Positions 31,019-46,462 of a DNA stretch of 64,000 nt are shown piece by piece. The notes beneath the pieces are model-generated. The model was not told the origin of the DNA and searched no databases. It saw nothing but the letters and a program-made list of their open reading frames with translations. Source of the stretch: Camelus dromedarius (taxonomy: Eukaryota). The position numbers and the translations under genes were made by a program. The stretch lies in the NCBI RefSeq assembly GCF_036321535.1, contig NC_087459.1, forward strand, positions 29,512,001-29,576,000. The letters are read 5' to 3'. How positions within the stretch are numbered: the stretch's first letter is position 1; every line of letters begins with the position of its first letter.

Positions 31019-34000
31019 GTGAGGAGCGGGCGCGCGCGGCCCGCGGGCCTCGAGGGACGGCCCGAGTCAGGCGCCCTCTGTCCGCTCAGCTCGCGGGCGT
31101 CTCAGAGAACGGCGCAGAGGGAGCATGTCCGCGCCGGCTGAGGACGAGGCCTGGGCCTCGACGCCCAATTGTCCAGCTGGGGAAACTAAGGACTGTAGCG
31201 GCCTCGAGCCACTCACTCGGGGGTCTGAGGAGACTCAGAGGCTTTGGGTCCTCGTCGACACGTAAAGCTGATCTGGGCCGCGCTTTTCCTGGCCTGGGGG
31301 ATCTGGAGTTTCCTCCCATTTTTAGGCTCGCGGGGAACTGAGTCACCGCGTCCTGCGCCTGTGCCGGGCCCGCCTGCTTCGCGCGTGAAACGTGGGCCTT
31401 CTGGGGCTCGGGAGGAGGCCTGTCTGCTGCCACCTAATTTGATGCTCTTAAGCCTGGGAGACCTAGCTTTGACTGCCCTATTTGGCAGCGGCTCGATGCG
31501 TGCCTTTAAGCCAGTCGCCTAACCTCCCCCTGTCTTAGTTTTCTCACGTGCAAGTGGGGGTTATGATTATATATACCTCATAATACTGATGCGAGCCTTA
31601 AACTAGGTAATCCACGTGGAGGGCTCAGTTCAGTGCGGGACAGTCGCTAAGTGCCCAGTAAACAGTAACTATTGTTATTCGTAAGACTTTGCCAATTCCT
31701 TGGCCAAGACGGTAAAGGATCCATGGCTTCCCAGTACATTGTCGACCGTTCTCCGTCCTTTTATCCCTAAGAGTCAATAGTTCTAGACCCACCTATGTCA
31801 CTGTCTAATCCTGTAGCCTTGAACAAATTATCACTTTTTCCAGTCTGTTTTCCTCATCTGAACACCTGGCTAATAACCCTTAGCTTGGAGAGGTGGGATC
31901 GGATTCATAAAATTATACAGCACGCGACATGCCTGGCTAGCTCCTGGCACAGAACAGATTTTGAATTAATATTGGTAGCTCGTGTCATGTTGATTAAGAT
32001 GCGTCAGCCCACAGGAAGGTCTGCTTGGAGCCTTTTCAGACCTAAATGACTTCCTGACTCTCTACTCTGAGAGATAACGGGTTTACAGAGCTGAATCCCT
32101 TTAAACCTCGCTCTCTACTGATTTATTCTGTGGTAGGAAGAGCCATGTCTCCTCTGTGTTCCTCAGTCTCCTGCAGGAGGGTACTAAATGAGCCCTCCTG
32201 GCTTCAGAATTCTAAGAGTCCTACTTAATAGATACTTTGAGCCAAGATTGGAGGTTATAATTAGAAAATCCTAACTGTGGATTCTTGTTTAAATGACTTG
32301 GCCTTTTGGCTTGTGTAAGCTTTATGGGCAAAAAAAAAGGTTTACATTTCTTGATTCTGTTCATTTGCTTGAAAAGCAAAAGAAAACATGAAGATGTTTA
32401 AAAAAAATGATGAAATTTTCTAGGAGCAAAGGACCAGCTCTTTGTTATATAACTGTGAAGCGTTTTAAAGGCATGGAGAGCTTCTGATAAAAATTACTGT
32501 AGACCAAGCCAACATCAGTATCTCACAGCCAAGGATGCTGGATGAGAGCCTATACTGGCAATTTTGAGTTGTTTCTATTAGTTTGAACATTAAGAGAGAA
32601 CAGGTGTTACGGTTTTTTTGATGGCAAACTTGACCTCACACAGTAGGACTTTGATGAACATAGAATGAGACACCCCTGGGAACCTGGGTAGTCATTAAAA
32701 ATGGGTGGTGTGGTCTGTAGCAGCTCAATTATGGCTCTGCAGCTGCTGTCTAGGAAATCAAGGGAGGCCAGGATCTTTGCTGCAGTCTCTGGAGCCCAGA
32801 GCAGCTCTGGCTAATTACAGATTCTCTGTTCTTGATGCAAGACTCACTGGAAGTCAGGTGGGTTGCAGCCTCCAGGAGACGTGGAAGTGGATCAAGGCCA
32901 CAGCCACCCCAGTGTCCTCTGGGACCAGCTGAAAGGGTGCCTCCCTCCTTTAAAACTGACTGATGACTTTAGTAGGGGTCAGACTAGTATCTTGGCTCCA
33001 GATTGTCAAACTGTAAAACTGATTCTCTGTGATGAACTTTAATTGCTAGTCACATTTTTAACTCTTAGACGGTAGTCAAGTTTATTTTCATCTTTAACTT
33101 TTTTTGCCAGCTATGTTTCCTACTCCAAGCACAGGAAGGTTTTCTCTTACAGATTTGAAGTGTTCTTTTTCTACCATACCACTTAGGTGAATGTGAAGTA
33201 GTTTATTATATTCCCTGTAGTAAATCACTGACGTGACCAGTGGCCTTGTTTTCTTTTCCCCACCAGGTCCTATATTAGAAGCGTAACAGTCATAGCAAAC
33301 CTTTTTGTAGCGCCTATCCAGTGCCGGGTACTGTTCCAGTAGTTTCACACATGTTAACAAATCCATCCTCATGACAGCCCTATGAGGTAGGGACACGGGT
33401 GAAGCAACTGAGACTCTGGCAGGTTAAGTACCTGCCCGCAGTCATAGAGCTAGCAAGTGCTAGAGCTGAGATTTGAACCCAAAGGTTGGACTCTGATATG
33501 TGCACTCTTCCCTGCTCTGCTGTGGTCTCAAGTCTCCTTGTGTATGTAATGGGGCCAGCCATGATCGTGCGCAATAGGCTTGGTCAGGGGGATCAGATGA
33601 GCCCGTGCCTGAGACAGAACAGTGCAAGTAAAAAGCACTGTAGCTTTGACAGCAGGGACATGAGTGCTGCACATTCTCATCAGTGCATCTAAGTCAGCCT
33701 GGTGCTTCTCAGGGGCCAGGAGATTTAGCCAGTCTCTCCTTGCACTGCGCCCTCCCCCAGATCCTCCCCTCAGGTCTTATTTGTGGGAGCCCGCATCCAG
33801 CACACAGTTGGTGCTGCATCAGGTGACCACATGTTGCCTCTTTTGTCCCTTTGAACATGGGAGGGTGGGGAAGCACAGGTCTTGGGTGGTGTTTGGGGAA
33901 GGATAGGTGAGGTTCTGCAGCCTCTGATGAGAGCACCTCAAGCTGGATACAGCCTGGGGCTCGGGGTGTTCAGGGTAGCTGCTCCCTTTCCACCTTCCTG

Positions 34001-37000
34001 AACTGCCGATCCTCGTGCAGGGAGAAAGGGAGGCCACAAAGGCCGGGCAAGGCAGTACACGAGCCCTGAGGAGATCGACGCGCAGCTCCAGGCTGAAAAG
34101 CAGAAGGTCAGGGTGAGTACGAGCCTGTCCAGTCCATGCCAGTGGCCAAGAGTGGCATTCTGCCTTTTGGAATCCAGAGTGACCAGGCAAGGACCACCCA
34201 TTCTCAGGAAGAAGCCAGTGCCTGAGGTTGTGGTGGGGGCGGGGCAGTGGTGGACAGCAGGTAGCAGATGGGAATCCCAGAACTACCAATCACGGGGAGG
34301 GCCATCCTCGGATCAGTTAGGACTCTCTTCATTCAGCAGCGTTTGCCTTGGTAGGCCTCTCGTCTTCGTCCTGGGTTCCTGCGTTTTGGGGGCTCTCCCT
34401 CCCCCAGGCTCTGCCCATCACGCCTTGGGCTCTCAGCCACGCTACTGGTGTGCTCCAGCCATGCAGGACGGCTGCCAACCCCAGTGTGACGTGATGCCCT
34501 GCCTTCCCACGCCCCCAGTGGGCAAAGCGCCGTGCATTCCTCCAGACCTTGCTCAACATCTCCTCTTCTGTGACTCTCACTGATGCTACCCACCCTTCCC
34601 CCTCCAGTCTAAGCTTAAGAGGTCCCTCTACTCTGGTCCCACAGCGTTTTTTCCAGCCAACTGTCAGGAAACAGAATGTTTCCATCGTTGGTGTCCACGT
34701 CCCAACCACACCATTAGGTCCTCACCGGGATAAGAGCCAAAGGGAGCGCAGTCAGGCTGGATGAGTGGCACAGCTGTGAAGTGCTTGGGAGAAAAAAGCC
34801 GCATCTAACTGGGCCGGGGGAGGGGGGTGAGAAGCTGGCGACTGAGCAGGACCTTGGAGAGTGTGTGGGTAAGTGTTAAGCGGGGGAGTGTGTGGTTTTT
34901 GTAACGAATGTTTTTGGTTGGGAGGCAAGAAAGGCGGAGGGAAGTGGCATGCCAGGGTGTTGTCACGGGAAGCTGGTGCAGCAGGGCGTCTGTGTGGGCA
35001 GGCTGGAGTGGCTGGCCTGCCACTGACCGTGGGAGTGGAAGGCAGGGGAGGTCTTGCCCAGGGAAATGAGTACAGTTTGGCAGCTGCACGTGGCAGCAGG
35101 GGGAGCAGGAGAGGAGCTGAGCTGGACTGTGGTTTCCAGCCCCGCAGCCAAGTCCTTCGGACCCTGGGAGACTGAGCAGCTCATCCAGGCTCTCTGAGGT
35201 ACCTGGGCTGGGAAGAAGAGCAGGGCCTTTTATGGCCGTATGAGGGTTTGCTGGACTGGGAATGACTTCTAGGCTGTGGAGCCAAGTGGACAGGCTGCCT
35301 TTGACCCAGGGTCCCCCCCTGGGGCCAGCATCGCAGAGTAGGACTGTTATCATACTTGGTTGCAGCCTTCTGGGGGCTTAACTTCTCAAGGTCCACAGTC
35401 TGGGGGCGAGGTCATAGTCTTGGGGGCTTGTTTCACGTTTCTGATTCCACAGATTGTTCATTTCTGAAGCAGGAAGAAGAGGAACAAGGAGAAGAAGGTG
35501 GAGATGGGGCTGCAGGTGACCCCAAAAAGGAGAAGAAATCCTTAGATTCAGATGAGAGTGAGGATGAAGAAGATGATTACCAGGTACTGGGTCTTACAGG
35601 GGCTTGGGACCTAGACTCACCCATTCAGCAAACACCAGTTGTGTAGTGGTCCCAGTGGTACATGCAGAGTCCTTGCTTTTAAGGGTTTACATTATAATGG
35701 GGAGTTTTGAGTTCTGTTTTAGACAAGTTTAGGTTGTGATGTCAGGTACCCAAGTGGACGTGTATACACACAGCCGGCTGGGTATAGGTGTCTGAAGCTG
35801 CGCACAGTGGTTAGATTAACTGGCGTTTGGAAGCCGTCTGTCTGGTCTCTTAAAGAGAAATGCTGGGATTGACAGGGCCTGAAACTCTGACCAAACCTGC
35901 TACATGGAGAATTTGTGCTCTCATTTCTTCCTCAGCTTCCCCAGGGCAGGTCGGAGGTGTGAGCTCCACGTTCTGGTGCCAGCTCCCCACACCTGTAGAC
36001 TGGGTGGCTCATTCCCAAGTCACATTTCCCTCCCATTACCTGGATGGCTGGGGACTGGCATCCTTGGTCTGCCTTGCTCTGGGGATCCAGCATTGCTTGT
36101 TGTAGTCAAGCATGAAATTCCTTGGGAAGCTGCTTTTGGAGGCTGAGTCAAAGTGAGGGAGTAACCCTCTAGGCTGAGAGCTTGTGAGTTGGGCTTGGGT
36201 TCACATCTCATTTCCTGTCTACTTCCCGGTGGCCTCAGGCATGTTATTCTACCCTGTGCCTCCCTTCAGCCACCTCTGAAGCTGGGATAACATCCTTGCC
36301 TGCTGGGACTGGGCACGGGTGGGGCTCAGTTCACACGCACTTACTCCCCTTGCACCTCCCAGGCTGATGCAGACACTCCTGCGTGCTGTTCCCACCGGAA
36401 GGCTTGGGCCGAGCGTCGCGTTGGACTCGGGGTGGAGCAGGAGTTTGTCCTGGTCCATGCGGGTTATTGGGAGAAGGTGGGTGTGGCCCCTGGGCCCTGC
36501 AGGACCAGACTTCTCCAACACAACTTCTCATCCTATCTTAGCAAAAGCGCAAAGGTGTAGAAGGGCTCATCGACATTGAGAACCCCAACCGGGTGGCACA
36601 GACAACCAAAAAAGTCACACAGCTGGACCTGGACGGACCCAAGGAGCTTTCAAGGAGAGAAAGGTAGCCTGTGCTGCTGGGCCTCGTGACGGGCAGGGTC
36701 TGACCTGCAGAGGGCTGAGGCATCAGCTCCTCTGCCCTCGTTTCCTGGGCTCTGGGGTCCCCAGTGGCTAGGTGGGGGCTCCAGCTATGGTGTTTATTTC
36801 TGTTTCATCTCCTTCCCCCAAAGGCCCTATAGAAGCTTCTTAAAAAAACAAACAAAACAAAAAACATCTTTTCCCCCAGCAGAAACATAGCAGGGAAGAT
36901 AGAACAGCGGATTCAGATCTGAGTGTTGCACTTGAAGGAAATAATATATGGATGGTTACTCTACAGTCCTTTTCTCCGAGACACCCCCACTCCAGGGACA

Positions 37001-39017
37001 CTTCCCTTATCCAGCCTGATCTGACCATTCTTGGCCTGCCTCCATCCCTCATGTCATGGCCATAGGATCGGGAGAGGACTAGGGGCTCTTGCCGTCCAGA
37101 GCAGTGCAGGGAGGTCTCCTGGCTACCCCAGTCCTCTCTGAGTCCCAGGTGAAAATGGAGCTGCTGACAGCTCCCCTGTACGCTGTAGGAGGATTGTGGC
37201 CGAATCCTAAAGTGTCCTGTACAGGCCTGTCTTTGACAAGTCGTTCCCTGACTTTTCATGGCCACCAGGTGACATCGGGCCTTACAGGAGGTTGAAGGCT
37301 CTTAGGGAGAGCCACTGTGGTTTCTCTCCTAACTGGGCTGCTAGATTTAAATCCACCTTGCTGTGTTGACCATGACAGCTGAGGGGTTTCAGAAAACCCC
37401 ATGGAGGGGAAGGTCCACTGGCTTGGGATGTGGTTGGAGGCTGCTAAGGACTCTTCCCCCTCAAGCAGCTTCCTTCTCACCAGTGAAACCAAGTGAGGTT
37501 GCAGAGCCGACGGCCTCTGCTTGTCTGGTGAGTGTCCATCGGGAGGGGCAGGTGGAACCAGGGCCCCCTCCCCAGCTTGGGCCTGGGCTTGAGTGGCCTT
37601 TATTCTGGCTTCCACGTCCAGTTTGGCTGATAATGTTGGGAAGGATATCCCCTGTGACACCATTTTATCCAAACAGAGAAGAAATCGAAAAGCAGAAAGC
37701 AAAAGAGCGTTACATGAAAATGCACTTAGCGGGGAAGACCGAGCAGGCCAAGGCCGACCTTGCGCGACTGGCGATCATCCGGAGGCAGCGGGAGGAGGCC
37801 GCCCGGAAGAAGGAAGAGGAGAGGAAAGGTGAGTCTGGAGCCTCTGGTGTGGGGGCCAACTCTGGTTTTGGACAAGCTACCAAGCCCTGCACTTAAGCAT
37901 CCTTGCTGCAAAATGGGCGGGGTCACGGTGTTCAGTAGAGGCCCCTGCTGTGTGTGTGCGCACCTGGGCCTGCCTTTCTCAGAGTCAGATGGAGGTGGGT
38001 GTTCCTGCCAGCACCTCCCAGGATGCTGGGAGAGCCCGGCAGCAGTGGAGCCAGATGTGGGTTTGAATCTCAGCAGAGCACCGTCCACAGCATCTGAGGG
38101 AGGCCTCAGGATGCACCTGCCTTCGATGCTAGAAGGTTCCACTATGGTCTGGGGTGCCCTGAGTAGCCAGGAGAGCTGCCTGGGGTTACCACTGTATGCC
38201 TGAGGGGCTGGGGAGTTTATTGTGGGCGTGGGCTTGATTTTTATGGTGCAGACCCCGATGAAATCTGGCCCAGGGTCCCTCTTCCCCATGCCCTCCCCTC
38301 CAGGGGGGCCGAAGGCCGTAGGGTTTCTTCCAGGCCAGATTGGCTGTGGGGAGTCAGTCTGGTCTAAAGGAGCATTTGCCTCGTGACCTTCTGGCCTCAT
38401 GCACTCCTTTCTCCACTCAGTGTTGGAGAGTCGGGGGTGTGGGGGGCATGAGTCTGTGGGGATCTTGCTGTCCTGACTTCTAGGCCTGGAAATGGGAAAT
38501 CAGTTGCCCCAGGGCATTGTCCCCACACGAGACATAGTTATCTCAGCTCCCCACTAAGTAGCTCTTGTTCACAAACCCCAAAGCAGGAAAGGACCTCATG
38601 TGTAACTATTTTGAATGTTGCTGCTGATTGCAGACTTCAGAACCCACAAGGAAAGGTTAGAATTACAGGGTTCTGCCTGGGGGTGGGGTAGGAATGGTGT
38701 CCGTTTGCCCAGTGGAGTGCACGTTGGTGGGCCTCTGTGGAGGGGACAGCCACCCAGACTTGACGAGAATGTCTGGACACGGGCCAGCGGGAGGGCGTCA
38801 GGCTGGGCCCTTCTCCTCAGGTCTCTGCCTCATCTGCCAGCTGAGCCAGTTGCACAAAAAGTTTTCTGAGGCCTTTGGATGTTTGGTTCTGCTATTCTGG
38901 GATGGGCAGGGAGGGCTGTTTCGGTTTGGTAGTGACTCCTTCCCTTCCTGCTTCTCAGCAAAAGATGATGCAACTTTGTCAGGAAAACGAATGCAGTCGC
39001 TGTCCCTGAATAAGTAG
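31006..39017 (+). CDS. PDAP1: PDAP1, PDGFA-associated protein 1 (HASPP28), 182 aa; multi-exon gene span
   Basis: join(31006-31018,34021-34112,35473-35583,36542-36663,37677-37828,38959-39017) = [28 protein letters not shown]...[15 protein letters not shown]...[11 protein letters not shown]. Confidence 0.97.
34021..34112 (+). CDS. PDAP1: PDAP1 exon 2
   Basis: (G)[30 protein letters not shown]|gtgagt, 92 nt. Confidence 0.95.
35473..35583 (+). CDS. PDAP1: PDAP1 exon 3
   Basis: [37 protein letters not shown]|gtactg, 111 nt. Confidence 0.94.
36542..36663 (+). CDS. PDAP1: PDAP1 exon 4
   Basis: [40 protein letters not shown](R), 122 nt. Confidence 0.95.
37677..37828 (+). CDS. PDAP1: PDAP1 exon 5
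   Basis: [50 protein letters not shown], 152 nt. Confidence 0.95.
38959..39017 (+). CDS. PDAP1: PDAP1 last coding exon
   Basis: (A)[18 protein letters not shown]. Confidence 0.95.
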
Positions 39018-39406
39018 CATGGCCTGTGGGAGGAGATGCCAGGGACCGGGCCATGCTGCCAGGACCTCTGCTGTGTCTCGCCCACCCTGTGCCCCGGCGC
39101 CGCTGCAGCCGCCCCTCATGGCGAGGAGCCCCCCACGGCCTGGGACTTCTTCATCTTGGCACGGAAATCGTTTGGGGGGATGGTGGGTGGGGGGCTGGGG
39201 GAGGGGGCAGCTGCTATCTTTGAGACAGAAAGATGCAGGGCAGCATTTCATATGTAACCATTTGAATGTTTTGGCTGTTTTTAGAATTCAGAACCCTTGT
39301 CGGGGGCGCTGGGAGGTGGGGTAAGAGGAGCTTCGTTTGTCCAGTAGGTTGTGCGGCCAGGGAGGTCAAGCCCCTGCAGCTGCTGACAGGTTTGCGACAG
39401 CCAGCT

Positions 39407-39424
39407 CCCCCCCCCCCCCCCCCC
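39407..39424. repeat. C18 homopolymer in the PDAP1 3'UTR
   Basis: Read directly from sequence. Confidence 0.85.
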
Positions 39425-39680
39425 GGCTGTGTTGCCTGGGTGCTCGCTTGGAGGGGCTGTCGTCTGGGAGCCCGGGTTCCTGAGGGTCATGGCTCCTCCC
39501 TGGCCAGTCCCCTCTGGCTGAGACCTCCTCTCTGCCCTTTCCACCCCTTCCCCCACCCCCTACTCTGGCCAGGCCCCGGGCCCATTCTTAACCCTGCCCG
39601 TGGATCATTTCAAGAAACCTGTTTACTCTGTAGCACCCAGGCCAAACAGGCTCCACAAACCCAACTTGTATATTTGGCAG

Positions 39681-39686
39681 ATTAAA
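39681..39686 (+). terminator. PDAP1: ATTAAA poly(A) signal candidate of PDAP1
   Basis: ATTAAA about 660 nt after the stop, preceded by TGTA and U-rich sequence. Confidence 0.6.
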
Positions 39687-40404
39687 CGACATTATCGTAA
39701 TCCTGGTTCTGTGATCCGTCTCTGGGCCCCCATGCCTGGGCTGCCTTCACCCAGCAGGGCATGGTGTCACTCTCAGGCAGGCCCATTCCACAGGATTCAG
39801 GTAACACTGATCCGGGTACAGGCACCGGACCCTGGACCTCTGGACTGGGAGAGATTTCAGGATACAGAAGCCAGTCCCCTTCCTTTTAACCAAGTAGGGA
39901 CCTCAGGCCAGAGCAGCCAGGGACCTGTCCACTGCACACAGCAGGCAGTTGGCAGCACCAGGCCTCCCTGGCCTGTCCTCTAGGCGCCCCCTGGTGGTGA
40001 CAGCCTCAGGATTTCGGTGCTGGACGCTTCCCAACACCCAACATGACTGCCAGGCATTCATTACCTCCTTCATGGTGTGGGTGGCAGTGGGGAAACTGAG
40101 GCTTAGCACAATCATGTGGGCTGCCTGCAGACTCAACCACAGTGCAGGCCCTACTTGTGCACCACTCCGGGAGGGGCGCTCCGCCTCCTAAACTGCAGTG
40201 TCCTGAGGTGACTGGGCACCGGGCAGGGCGGTGGTAAAGAATCAACACTGTGTGGCCTGCACTGTCTCCTAAGGACTTAGAACTTGTCTCCTGATTTAAA
40301 GGAGAAGCTCTCCGGAGGGACAGGCCCTAGAACAGGGGGGAAAAGTTCGGATTCTAGGTACAGTTTGTCCTGCAGCTGTGATGATGGTTCACAATTAGGA
40401 GAGC

Positions 40405-40650
40405 CACTGATGTAACTCATTACCTACTTAGACTAAAAGAGAAAAACCATGATTATAGGAACAGCTGAAAAGCATGTGATTAAGCAAAAATACCTTCTGA
40501 GTAAAATAGGAACAGGGGAAAAAAATCCTAAAAAATGATGAGCAATTATTAAAAACCAACTGCAAACATCAGATGGAGAAATAGTAAGTTTCCATTAAGG
40601 CCCAGAACCCGCCTGGAATGGACAACCACCTGTTTAGGAATCTGACTGCT
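40405..40650 (+). mobile_element. Ancient L1 ORF2 (RT region) fragment between the PDAP1 and ARPC1B 3' ends
   Basis: Decayed match to the L1 motif AGAGAAAAACCAT(AT)GAT..GAAAAGCAT..AAAAACC..CA(G/A)CTAACATC. Confidence 0.55.
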
Positions 40651-40840
40651 GAGTGAGTGACAGGAAAGACACCTGGTCCTGGCGTCCCCCAGGCTGGCCC
40701 CCGGTGGGTAAGGAACCTTTTAGGGGAAGACCCTTGGGTTTAGGATCAATTTTGCCAGCAAACAAAAATAAGCTATCAACGCTTTGCCCAAACTACCGTC
40801 TCCTTCCAGACACACAGGCCAACATGTCTACAGCTGCATT

Positions 40841-40846
40841 TTTATT
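40841..40846 (-). terminator. ARPC1B: AATAAA poly(A) signal of ARPC1B
   Basis: TTTATT on + strand, about 270 nt after the stop. Confidence 0.8.
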
Positions 40847-41113
40847 ACCTCCACATTCTGAAGCGATTCATGACCAGCAGAGTGCTTTGGGGACTTTTTT
40901 TTTTTTTTTAACAATAATGAAAGCATTTCCTTAAGAAAAAGGCAATTGTTCTTCAATAGGTAAGAAAAGCCCCCCACCCCTCCCCTCTCCCCTCCTGAGG
41001 GAGCAGCCCCCGTGGGGACCTGAACTGGTACCCTAGAAACATTCAGCAAAGCGACCCTTAGCCTCCCTGACCCCTCCCTCAGCAGATGGGATGAGGGCCA
41101 GACTCCTCACAGG

Positions 41114-46462
<5,349 letters not shown>

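Larger units (their letters stand above)
30380..31520. promoter_or_regulatory. CpG island / bidirectional promoter of BUD31 (-) and PDAP1 (+); approximate bounds
   Basis: GC/CpG rich; several ETS GGAA cores, GC box, (CGG)6 at 30882-30899; head-to-head genes. Confidence 0.85.
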
